Shown here one piece after another: positions 1 through 11,594 of a stretch of DNA of 64,000 nt. Source of the stretch: Dendrobates tinctorius (Eukaryota); the NCBI RefSeq assembly GCF_039654945.1, contig NW_027361921.1:3844001-3908000 (forward strand), in the 5' to 3' direction. The notes beneath the pieces are model-generated. The model made no database searches. It was not told the origin of the DNA and was given only the letters and a program-made list of their open reading frames with translations. The position numbers were made by a program, and so were the translations under genes. Positions within the stretch are counted from its first letter, which is position 1. Each line of letters starts with the position of its first letter.

Positions 1-208
1 AATTTTGGGAGTACCAATCAATAGGCATATATAAATTATCGGCTCTATTACATTTTATACTGTTGCAAGGAAGACATATGATGTAGAGGCACTTGTTTTC
101 TTCTGATTGGTATTCAGTCATATTGGTTCAAATTACCAGAATTTACTGAAATTGACTTAAAACTAATAAACATATAATGTAAATAAAAATCTAAATTATA
201 TAATTTAC

Positions 209-573
209 CAGGCCATTTTCATTGTTGGTAACTGCAAGGTCTTCTTCAATACCATCAAATGCTTTAATTTCAATGCCAAGATTGGATTCAGGATTCTTCA
301 GCCAGTTTTGAAACACAGTTTTCACATCTATACTTTGCCAAGATCCAGGTCCTGGATTCATCTCAAGTTTTAATGCTCGGATTCCAGTATGCCTTGAACC
401 ATCTTTCAAAGGTTTAATGAGTCTTAAGATTTGCACCACAACTGTTGTAGACCTTTGGACAGGCTTTAGATAAATCCATAGTTGTGCCTTTGAAATTTTA
501 TTTAACTGAATTTTGGAGCTCACTTTAAAATAACAACACTTCGGTTTTTCAGCCACATCAGCTACAAATTCAG
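209..573 (-). CDS. mstn: Myostatin (GDF8) exon 2, TGF-beta propeptide region
   Basis: Translation [30 protein letters not shown]...[12 protein letters not shown]...[29 protein letters not shown]...DLAVT matches MSTN rather than GDF11 (KPKCC, SSKIQ, RLIKP.KDG). Acceptor TTTGCAG|CT at 574/573 (phase 1) and donor CTG|GTAAAT at 209/208 (phase 0) match vertebrate MSTN exon 2 boundaries; 365 nt. Confidence 0.92.
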
Positions 574-2081
574 CTGCAAAGTAAAAATGTTTATAAATCA
601 CATTAAAGGTATTTTAACATTTATCATTTAATGTTTCATTAATTTTTTTAAATTTAGCTACACAATAACATAATTAAAACCATTGTTCTTGAAACAGTGG
701 AAAACAAGAAATAATACATTTATCTATAAAAAATTTAACAATGTTTACTTCATACAAGTTTGCATTTATTTGTCTTTTATTTTCAAGCATTGAGCTAATG
801 CAACTAAATGTAGTGATTTACAGATATTGTTCAGTTACATAGATTTCACTTTCCTTATTTTCAAAATCCATTATCAATGTTGGCTGTTAAAAAGTGAATT
901 TGGAAGCCTAATAAAAGTTATTATAGTACATATTATTAGATGATATATTTAAAATTGTATTGAAATAAATTATTGATGATTCATTCATTATGCATGGTAT
1001 TGTTGCTTAATAATTATAACTGGTTGTAAGATCACATTTATATAAATAATTATTACTATTGTTAGCAACAATGGACTATAATTGTAAGATTGCTTAAAAA
1101 TAGCTTACAGACTAAAGAAAATAGTTAAATCAATCGCTTTACAAAAACAAGTTTCTCTAGCCTATATATTTTTATTTTACTTTGTTACATTGTTATCTTG
1201 AATGATAATAATCACTTCGCGCCACAGCCAATTTTTGTTTTTGCGTTTCTGTTTTTCACTCCCCTTCTTCCCAGAGCCATAACTTTTTAATTTTTCCATC
1301 AATATGGCCATTAAGGGCTTGTTTTTTGGTGGGAAAAGATTTAATTTTGAACGTCACCATTAGTTTTACCATATCATGTACTCAAAAAGTGCAGTGAAAT
1401 TGTAAAAAAAAGCGCAATCCACAACTTTTTTTGGATTTTTTTCTCACATGTTCACCAAAAGCTAAAAAATGACCTGTCACTATGTTTCTCCAAGTCAATA
1501 TAAGTTTATAGACAACAAACATGTCTAGTTTCTTTTTCATTTAACCCCTTAACGACCACCAATACTCCTTTTAACAGCGGCAGTTAAGGGTACTTAAACC
1601 ACAGCACCGCCTTTTAACAGTGCTGAGGTTTAAGGTTACAGCGCTTCCCAGAGTCGGAATTTTACCAGGGTCTTGGCTGCACAGACCCCAGAAAACATAA
1701 TTCGGGTCAATTTTTAGTGACCCCAGTGTTGCGTTTGCTGTTATTAAAGGTATTAAGTGGAAAAAATGGTTAGCACTCGACTTTTTGTGAAACGGTGCCA
1801 GTGAAAGGAACCCGAGGTCCCATAAGCGTAAGTTCAGAGAAAATCACTGCACATGTACAAGAAAAATGCTTCAGGTAAGTTTATTGCTGATTGTTGAAGC
1901 GACAATTTAAATGACGTTGTTTCGGCCAATCATTGGCCTTTATCATATAGTAGCTGGAAAAAAAAGGAAATACAACAATAAGAAACAATCCTATCCAGAA
2001 TAAGATCTGGAATAGATTTTCTTCCCATTCCCAGTAGAGACATCAAAACAAGGGACTGGGAAAAAGAAAGGAAAAGACTGG

Positions 2082-4710
2082 TTGCCTATGACCTGCACTG
2101 CGCGACCCAAGGAGAATATCATAGACAAGGCAAAATTCCTCGTGGTCTCCGTAGTAACCTACGACCCACCCTTTTTTTCAGACAACGAAAAATATTTTAC
2201 TACCTTTCAGAAGATTCTGAATAAATGTTCATTTGACATCATCTTGCTAATGATAGAATTTCTTCAAGAAGCCATCAAGGAGACGGAAGAAAAAATTACC
2301 ATGATTGAAACTCAACTAACCTCTACTCTAAGTACTACGGACTTCAGTACCTTAAAAAAACAAGGTGAACTCTGCTTTATTGACACATCAGAAAACTTTA
2401 GAGAGAAAACGAACCAAGTTCCAACGTGACACAGAAGACTACCTTACCAATAGAGTCTACAAATGGGAGGATTCAGCCCCCAGACGGTTTCGAACAAGAC
2501 CTCGCCACCAAGCAGGGGGATATACGGCCTCCGGAGGCTCCTCACCTGTAGGAGGCTCGTCTCCAGGCTCTGGGAGTGACACTGGTGCAGTGTCAACCTC
2601 AAGAACTTCTTTTTTAGGCCAATGCGCACATCAACAAGGCGGTCCAGGAGGAGGAGATCCGAATCGCCAAATGACCCTTCAGTCCCAGGTAGGAGTTCAA
2701 ACCAAGTGGTTAATATCTCTGACTACTCACTCTCTCCTTTAGAACTTAAGGTACTTAACATGGGTCTATCTTTCTGTCCAACACCTAAATGGGATGCTTT
2801 TTAATTAGAAAATGATCCCCAACAATTCTATCGTAGCATTAGACTGAAGGTACATTTTGAGAATACCCCTTCCCCAACATTGAACACCCTAGGATCCATT
2901 CCCACTCGGGACTTGCATCCACTAATCACAATTGATTCCATATGGTTTGAGAAACCCAAGTAGTTTTATGCCCCCAAAAGCCAACCATGCGGTTGAGACA
3001 TTTGTCGACCTACTAGAAAGAGATGTAAAACAGGCTATTCATGACCAACGTATAGGACTACTCCCTGTCTGCCACAATCTATCTACAATTGAGAAAAAAG
3101 CTTTAAACTCCTTGAAGGAGAGTACCAACATTGTTATAAAACCTGCGGACAAGGGAGGTTCCATCGTTGTCATGAACAGAAACCAGTATGTTGCGGAAAT
3201 TAGGAGACAACTTTCAGTCACAAACACATAGGATATCACATGGTGACCCCACCTTTGAGATACATAAGATAATTGACACCATTCTATCAAAACATTTACA
3301 GCTCAAGACAATTGACGCTAAAACTAGAACATACTTGATCAATCAGCACCCGGTGACCCCTGTTGTATACACTCTCCCCAAAATACACAAGGATCTGTAT
3401 AATCCACCAGGACGTCCCATAGTTGCTTCTACGGACTCTATTCTCAACCCACTATCCATCTTTCTAGAAAAACTACTGACGCCTCTTACCCATACCACTA
3501 AATCATTTATCTTGGATACAGGTGATTTCCTGAATAAAATCCGGGACATTAGTTCCATTCCACCCACTAGCATTCTTTGCACCTTTGATGTTACCAGCCT
3601 GAATACATCCATCACACACGATAAAGGCATGGAGGCTGTCTCTCTAACTCTTAGCGAGGTTAATATGGACATGCACCTGAAAGATTTTTGTTTAGACCTC
3701 TTGAATATTGTCTTAAGACAGAATTTTTTTCGTTTTGAAAATTACTTTTACATCCAGGTTTGCGGGACCGCAATGGGCTCAAATGTAGCCCCCGCGTATG
3801 CTAATCTCTACATGGACAGATCTGAACGAGATCACATTTACCCCAATTCACTGCTTTAGGAACTCGCTTTAGCGTGGTATCGTTACATCAACGATATTTT
3901 TTGCATTTGGCTGGGAGACCTCAACAGTCTTCTGACATTTTTACGCATGCTCAATGGCATCAGACAGGAACTTAAGTTCACACTCTCCCACAACATCCAT
4001 GAGATAACGTTTCTAGACACAAAAGTCCTTAAGGACCCTCAGGGAAGACTCACCATGGACATCTACACCAAACCCACCGGTTGCAATAATCTTCTTTCAT
4101 GTAACAGTTGTCATCTCAAATCCACCAGAAACAGTCTCCCTCGGTCCCAGTTCAAAAGAGTTACCAGAATTGTTTCTAACCCCTCAGTTAGAGACTCTAG
4201 GCTACAAGAAATGTCCAACATATTTTCATCCAGGAATTACCCATCCACACTTCTTGCTTCTGAAATGACTAGAGCACTTGCTGATACGGATCAGTCTTCT
4301 ACTACTTCACAAAAAACATCTAGACTCCCTTTTGTTCATGGTCATCATCCATCTATGCAAAGAGTACATAACTTAATTCACAAACATTGGCCCTTACTGA
4401 CTAAGGCTTACCCCAACATATCCATCTTTAGAAATCCACCACTGATGTGTTTGAGAAGGCCCCAAAGTATTAAGGATAAACTAGTCAGGGCCGACATGGT
4501 AGGTCACAATGAAGCACCCACAAGGACCTTGACAGGTCATAAGAGAACAGGTACCTTTCCCTGTCTCAATTGTATGAGTTGCTCCAATGTCATCAAGGGC
4601 AATGAGGTTGTCCATCCACGTACGGGCAAAACAACGTGAGACATTTTGGATATATACTTTAGACACTTTGCACCCCAGAGGTCTCAACCGTGAGATAGAT
4701 TGGATAACAT
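2082..4710 (+). pseudogene. Disrupted Penelope-type reverse transcriptase / GIY-YIG ORF
   Basis: IVIKPADKGG, YTLPKIHK..PPGRPIVAS, DVTSLNTSITH, GTAMGSNVAPAYANLYM, RYINDIF, FLDT, IYTKPT and CLNCMSC across several frames. After HPRTGKT the sequence jumps to RETFWIYTLDTLHPRGLNRE, so the GIY-YIG core is deleted. Confidence 0.88.
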
Positions 4711-6032
4711 AATGTATTTTTTTCCCTAGACCCATTGAATTCTTGTTCTTGTTGATTTATCCATAGAAATTCCCTGGCGGTAAGACCATTTTTTCATTAT
4801 CGAGGTGTTTGTTTCAATTTTTTACGTACTTTTTTATTTTTGTTTTTTATCTCTCCCACCCCCCATTCTCCGTTTCCTCCATTCTCTCTCCTTTTTTCAG
4901 TTTGGACTCCTACTTACAATTTATTTGATTTGCATTTATCTAATCTTTGTCAGTATACATTTTATATTGCATATTTACCCTGTATTCATGGCAATATTGT
5001 ATGCATATGTGCATGATGTCATTCATTCCACATCTATCTATGCCTAATTCAACCAGTGTTCTCATTGACACCACACACTATACTGCAGGGACTCAAAGAG
5101 TTAATTTCATCCCACTACGCCCAGCCCCCATTCTCCATTACAGGCTGATTTCACATAAGGCTTGTTGCTGAGCGACGCTCCCTCTGCAGTCTGTGCAGAT
5201 GCGGTGTCCTTCAGTATTTCCAGTCAAGTGACTGGCTGGAGCTCTGTTTTAAGAGCGCTCCCTTTCAAACAGAGCTCAGTCACCCCTGGGACACAGAAGT
5301 GTCTGCACCCTCCACTGCGCCACCAATGAATGTAAGTAATACTGCTCAGCACTACCACAATATAGTGCTTTTTGCTCTCCCATGGAAGCTATTTAACTCT
5401 TATCACGCCTCTTATGTTTATCCAGCAAGCCCATATTCAATGGAGAGCGGCTCCTCCTGAAACCACTGCATACACTGGACATTGACTCTAAACTGGTATT
5501 TATAGCCATTGTTTTGGCAACTACTACCTCCATCCTCCATGTCTTGGCTTTGTAGATCTCATCTGACAGTATGATTCTCCCATTTACTACATGCTGCACA
5601 CTAATGTTCTATTTTTATCACTCCACTGTTGTACATATAAGCACCTTCAGATATATAAGCCTTTTCAGCCAACATTATTACGGTTAATGCTTCCTTTTCT
5701 ATCATCTACAGGACCCAATAGGCTCTGACATATCATATTGCATTGCGGTAACACTACTTACCTGGTTTTCCCAAGCTACTTTTTTTGAAAAGGGTATGCC
5801 TTTTTTTCATTTCTTGTTGTAACAACACCTCTGTACCTTGAACATGTCCACCATTCTTTAACCCTTTCTCCATGTTTTGTGGATACCTCTCTCTGGATAT
5901 ATTTCCCTGTCGCATCAATACAGTTGCTTTTAAATCAACCTACATTTTGGAGATGTTTATTGTAAATAATCTGTAAATATTGTATATATTTCTCTATGGG
6001 TTTTCTTATTGTTGTATTTCCTTTCTTTCCAG

Positions 6033-6071
6033 CGACTATATGATAAAGGCCAATGATTGGCCGAAATGTCG
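6033..6071 (+). ncRNA. Degenerate minimal hammerhead-like motif in the PLE pseudo-LTR (inverted copy at ~1910-1953, minus strand)
   Basis: CGAC-TATA-TGATAA-A-GGCCAAT-G-ATTGGCC-GAAA-TGTCG: stem II hairpin followed by GAAA, but the core deviates from CUGANGA. Confidence 0.5.
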
Positions 6072-6544
6072 TTTAAATTGTCGCTTCACCTATCAGCAAT
6101 AAACTCACCTGAAGCATTATTTTTCTTGTACATGTGCAGTGATTTTCTCTGAACTTTGTTATTAATGGTATAACAGCAACCACAAAAAAGGCAGATTTTC
6201 CATTTAATTTCTCTCTCCTCCGATGTGTCGCACATCAGAGGAGAGAGAAATGGGTTCCCCTGGACCCCCGATAACCCCCCCATATACCTCCATTGTCCCT
6301 GCAGGCCCCCCTGATGTCCCCTGGGCCTTCTTTGGAGAGAAAATGGCGGATGCATGCAGAGTGCCTGCCGAGATCTGCCGGCCGATACCCGGCAACAACA
6401 GGAGATTTTTTCCTATTGGTTAATTTTGATCACTCTATCACAGTGATTAAAATAAAAAAAAATTGTAAATCAAACCTCCCTTTATCACCCCCTTTGTTAG
6501 GTAAAAATTAAAAAAATTTTTTTTAATTTGTTTCCATTTTCCCA

Positions 6545-6785
6545 TTAGGGTTAGAGTTGGGCTAAAGAGATTTGGGCTAAAGTTAGGGTTGGGGCTAAAG
6601 TTAGGGTTAGGGTTTGAATTATGGTTATGGTTGGTATTAGGGTTTGGATTAGGGTTATGGCTGTGTTAGGGTTAGGTTTGTAGTTAGGGTTAAGGGTGTG
6701 TTGGGGTTAGGGTTGGGATTAGCATTGTTAGGGTTGGGATTAGGGTTAGGGGTATGTTGGGGGTTAGGGTTGGAGTTAGAATTGG
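6545..6785 (+). repeat. Degenerate (TTAGGG)n interstitial telomere-like array inside element B
   Basis: Runs of TTAGGG with TTGGGG/TTAGAG/TTATGG variants. Confidence 0.85.
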
Positions 6786-8013
6786 GAGGTTTCCACTGTT
6801 TAGGCACATCAGGGGCTCTCCAAATGCAACATGGCGTCCAATCACAATTCCAGCCAATTCTGCATTGAAAAAGTCAAACAGTGCTCCTTCCCTTCCAAGC
6901 TCTGCCCTGCACCCAAACAGTGGTTTACCCCCACATATGGGGTATCGGCATACTCAGGACAAATTGGACAACAACTTTTGGGGTCTAATATCTCCTATTA
7001 CCCTTGGGAAATTAAAAATTTGAGGATGAAAACATTTTTGTGGAAAAAGTATGATTTTTTTTATTTTCGTGGCTCTAGTTTATAAACTTCTGTGAAGCAC
7101 TTGGGGTTTCAAAGTGCTCACCACACATCTAGAGAAATTCCTTGGGGGGTCTAGTTTCCAAAATGATGTCACTTTGGGGGGTTTGAACTGTTTAAGCACA
7201 TCAGGGGCCCTTCAAACGACACATGGCGTCCGATCTCAATTCCAGCCAATTCTGCATTGAAAATGTCAAACAATGCTCCTTCCCTTCTGAGCTCTGCCGT
7301 GTGCCCAAGCAGTGGCTTACCCCCACATATGTGGTATCGACATATTCAGGAGAAATTGCACAACAAATTTTGTTGTTCATTTTCCCATTTTACATTTGTA
7401 AAAATTAAAAAGCTGGTTCTGAATTAAAATGTTTGTGGAAAAAAAGTTAAATGTTAATTTTTTCCTTCCACATTGCTTCACTTCCTGTGAAGCACGTAAA
7501 GGGTTAATTAACTTCTTGAATGTGGTTTTGAGCACCTTGAGGGATGCAGTTTTTAGAATGATTTTGGGTATTTTCTGTCATATACACCCCACAAATGTGA
7601 GGTGGTCCCTAAATAAAATGGTTTTGTAAATTTTGTTGCAAAAATGAGAAATTGCTGGTCATCTTTTAATCCTTATAACTTCCTAACAAAAAAATTTGTT
7701 TCCAAAATTGTGCTGATGTAAAGTAGACATGTGGTAAATGTTAGTTATAAACTACTTTGTGTTACATATCTCTCCAATTTAAGGGGATAAAAATTAAAAA
7801 AGTTTGAAAATTCTGAAATTTAAAACATTTTCACCATATTTCCATTTTTTCATAAATAAACGCAAGTCTTATCGAATAAATTTTACCACTAACATGAAGT
7901 ACAATATGTCATGAAAAAACAATCTCAGAATCAGTGGGATCCATTAAAGCATTTCAGAATTATAGTCTCATAAAGTGACAGTGTTAAGAATTTTAAAATT
8001 GGCCTGTCATTAA

Positions 8014-10936
8014 CCCCTTCCCAACCTTTGACTCCACGTAGGCATCATGAAAGTCGGTACCAATCCGACCTATGACGCCTATGTGGCATCATGAATTGAT
8101 TGCCCCCTGTGGGTCTGGTGACCGGGGTCAATGAAAGGTCACCCGACCCGCAGGTACAGGGGACTTTGTGCTTCACCCCAGGGGGGTGGCTTAGCCCCCC
8201 CTGAGCTACGATCACTCTGATTGGCTGTTAAAATTGAAACAGCCAATCAAAGCGATTGTAATATTTCACCAATGAAATTTGTTGAAATATTACAATCCAG
8301 CCATGGCTGATGCTGCAATAGCATCGGCCATGGCTGGAGACCTTGATCCGACCCCCCACACTGACTGGCGGCGGCAATTGGCCCCCACCACCGACTGATG
8401 CAGGTGATCCACCGCCGACATCACCATCTGCTTCCCTCCGTCTTCCGATCCCCCACCCTCACCCTCCCCAGTACATCCTATGTCCCTCTGTCTGTATGGG
8501 TGTCCCTCCCGGTTTCTTCTTGGGTGCCGCCATCTTGCAAAATGGTGGGCGCATGCGCAGTGCACCTGCTAGAATCTGCCAGCTGCAGATTCATTCATTC
8601 ATTGCAGGTATATTTTGATCACTGTGATAAACTCTATCACAGTGATTAAAATAGAAAAAAGTAAATAACCCCCCCTTCATCACCCCCATAGGTAGGGACA
8701 AATAATAAAATAAAGAAAATATTTTTAATTTTCCATTAGGGTTAGGGTTAGAATTAGGGTTAGGGTTGGAATTAGGGTGAATATTGGGGTTAGGGGTGGG
8801 CTGGGGTTAGGTTTGTGGTTAGGGTTAGAGTTGGGATTAGGGTTAGGGATGTGCTGGGGATAAGGGTTGTGGTAAGGGTTGTGGTTATGGTTAGAGGTGT
8901 GTTGGGGTTAGGGTTGAGTTAGAATAGAAGGGTTTCCACTATTTAGGCACATCAGGGGGTCTCCAAATGCAGCATGGCATCACCATTGATTCCAGCCAAT
9001 TTTGCGCTCAAAAAGTCAAACATTGCTCCTTCCATTCCGAGCCCCGACGTGTTCCCAAACAGTGGTTTACTCCCACATATGGGGTATCAGAGTTGCTGAA
9101 CAACTTTGCGGGTCTAATTTCTCCTGCTACTCTCTTGAAAATAAAAAATTGGGGGCTAAAAAAAATTATTTTTGTGGAAAAAATGATTTTTTATTTTGAC
9201 AGCTCTGCGTTATAAACTTCTGTGAAGCACTTGGAGGTTCAAAGTGCTCACCACACATCTAGATAAGTTCCTTGGGGGTCTAGTATGGGGTCACTTGTGG
9301 GGGGGTTTCTATTGTTTAGGCACATCAGGGGCTCTGCAAACGTAACATGATGCCCGCAGACCATTACATCAAGTCGGCATTTCGAAACATCACTACTTCC
9401 CTTCCGAGCCTTGACGTGTGCCCAAACAGAGGTCTCCTCCACATTTGGGGTACCAGCGTACTCAGGACAAACTGGACAACAACTTTTGCGGTACAATTTA
9501 TCCTGTTACCCTTGTGAAAATAAAAAATTGTGGGTTAAAAAATCATTTTTTGAGAAAATAAAATGATTTTTTATTTTCATGGCTCTGCGTTATAAACTTC
9601 TGTGAAGCACCTGGGGGTTCAAAGTGCTCACTACACATCTAGATAAGTTCCTTAATGGTCTAGTTTCCAAAAATGGGGTCACTGGTGGGCGGTTTTCACT
9701 GTTTAGGCACACAAGGTCTCTCCAAACGTTACATGGTGTCAGCTAACGTTTGGAGCAAATTTTCCATTCAAAAAGTCAAATGGCGCTCCTTCTCTTCCGG
9801 GCTCTGCCGTGCGCAGAATCGGTGGTTCATGACCACATATGAGGTAGCGGTGTACTCAAGAGAAATTGCCCAACAAATTTTAGGATCCATTTTATCCTGT
9901 TGCCCATGTGAAAATGAAAAAACTGAGGCTAAAAGAAAATTTTTGTGAAAAAAAGTACTTTTTATAACGGATCAATTTGTGAAGCACCTGGGGGATCAAA
10001 GTTATCACTATGCATCTAGATAAGTTCCTTGGGGGGTCTAATTTCCAAAATGTGGTCACTTGTGGGAGAGCTCAAATGTTTAGGCATACAGGGGCTCTCC
10101 AAACATGACATGGCAACTGCTAAATATTTCATCATATTTTCCATTCAAAAAGTCAAATGGCGCTCCTTCCCTTCTGAGCCCTGCCGTGCGCCCAAACAGT
10201 GGTTTATGACCACATATGAGATATCGGTGTACTCAGGAGAAATTGCCCAACAAATTTTATGATCCATTTTATCCTGTTGCCCATGTGAAAATGAAAAAAA
10301 TTGATGCTGCTAAAAAAAATTTTGTTGGAAAAGTTAAAATGTCCATTTTTTCCTTCCACGTTGTTTTAGTTCCTGTGAAGCACCTGAAGGGTTAATAATC
10401 TTCTTGAATGTAGTTTTGAGTAGCTTGAGGGGTGCAGTTTTCAGAATGGTGTCACTTTTGGGTATTTTCTGCCATATAGACCCCTCAAAGTGACTTCAAA
10501 TGTGAAATGGTCCCTAAAAAATGGTTTTGTAAAATTTGCTGTAAAAATGAGAAATCGCTGGTCAACTTTTAACCCTTATAACTTCCTAACAAAAAACATT
10601 TTGTTTCCAAAATTGTGCTGATGTAAAGCAGACATGTGGGAAATGTTACTTATTAACTATTTTGTGTCACATAACTCTCTGGTTTACCAGAATAAAAATT
10701 AAAAATTTGAAGATTGGGAAATTTTTGCCAAATTTCCATTTTTCACAAATAAATGCAAAGATTATAGACCTAAACTTACTACTAACTTGAAGCCCAACAT
10801 GTCATGAAAAACAGTCTCACAATTGCTAGCATCTGTTGAAGCGTTCCTGAGTTATTACCTCATAAAGGGACACTTGTCAGAATTGCAAAAAATGGCCAGG
10901 TCATTAAGGTCAAAATAGACTGGGTCATGAAAGGGG
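8014..10936 (+). mobile_element. piggyBac-type non-autonomous element, family C, copy 1
   Basis: TTAA (8010-8013) CCCCTTCCCAACC ... GGTCATGAAAGGGG TTAA (10937-10940); homologous along its length to 13535-18056 and 27039-32339 (both inverted). Confidence 0.85.
8735..8925 (+). repeat. Degenerate (TTAGGG)n array in family C copy 1
   Basis: TTAGGG and variants. Confidence 0.85.
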
Positions 10937-11164
10937 TTAAACTGCAAATAGGCTCTGTCACTAAAGGCTTAAGTGGTGAAAAAAAGTCCAAAGTTTTCTA
11001 AAAAAAAAAAAAAAAAAAATTGCGCCATTTTCCGAGACCCGGAGCATCTTCATTTTTTGGATCTCAGATTGCGTGAGGGCTTATTTTTTGGGTGTCGAGC
11101 TGACGTTTTTAGTGATACCATTTTGGTTCAGATATGATCTTTTGATTGCCCGTTATTACATTTA

Positions 11165-11594
11165 GGCTGGAGTCACACACAACCATTAAAAAAATCTTTC
11201 CAATTTTTACGGTACAAAATCGCACAAAGATTTCTTGTCCAGGGATCCGTCTGTCATCCGAATTTCCAGCCATGAACCGATTTTATTCTCATCTAATCAT
11301 CTGCTTGCCATCCAATACCTGTTGACCTGGAGAAGTCTTGCGATTTTATCGCAAGTCACATTTGTGGTCCATTTGCAATCCTATTTTTAATCGCACACAT
11401 AGACTTGCATTGGCGAGTCCGATCCGAAAATCGGTGACAATCGCAGCATGCTGCAATTGTCTCGGTCCGAGGAAACGTTCAGAAAAAAAATTGGATGATG
11501 GGAGCTGCACCATAGAATAACATTGGGACGAATGCAATGCGATTTTTTTATCGCATTGCATTCTTCCGATTTTTTCGCTAGTGCGACTCCAGCC
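11165..11594. mobile_element. PIF/Harbinger-type MITE
   Basis: TIRs GGCTGGAGTCACAC / GTGCGACTCCAGCC; 3-bp TSD TTA (11162-11164, 11595-11597). Confidence 0.85.

Larger units (their letters stand above)
1748..6156 (+). mobile_element. Penelope-like retroelement 1 with inverted 5' pseudo-LTR
   Basis: PLE RT motifs; ~1832-1985 is the reverse complement of ~6001-6156; flanked by the duplication TGTTATTAA (1739-1747 / 6157-6165, extendable to 15 bp with one mismatch). Confidence 0.85.
1545..10968 (+). mobile_element. piggyBac-type non-autonomous element, family B (contains Penelope element 1 and element C)
   Basis: TTAA|CCCCTTAACGAC at 1541-1556; GTCACTAAAGGC|TTAA at 10957-10972; internal TTAGGG-like array and ~300-bp repeats; no transposase ORF. 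Confidence 0.7.

Noticed and set aside
191-601. GDF11, or a stand-alone 136-aa ORF
   Set aside because: Diagnostic residues match MSTN, and both ORF ends are intronic sequence beyond the splice sites.
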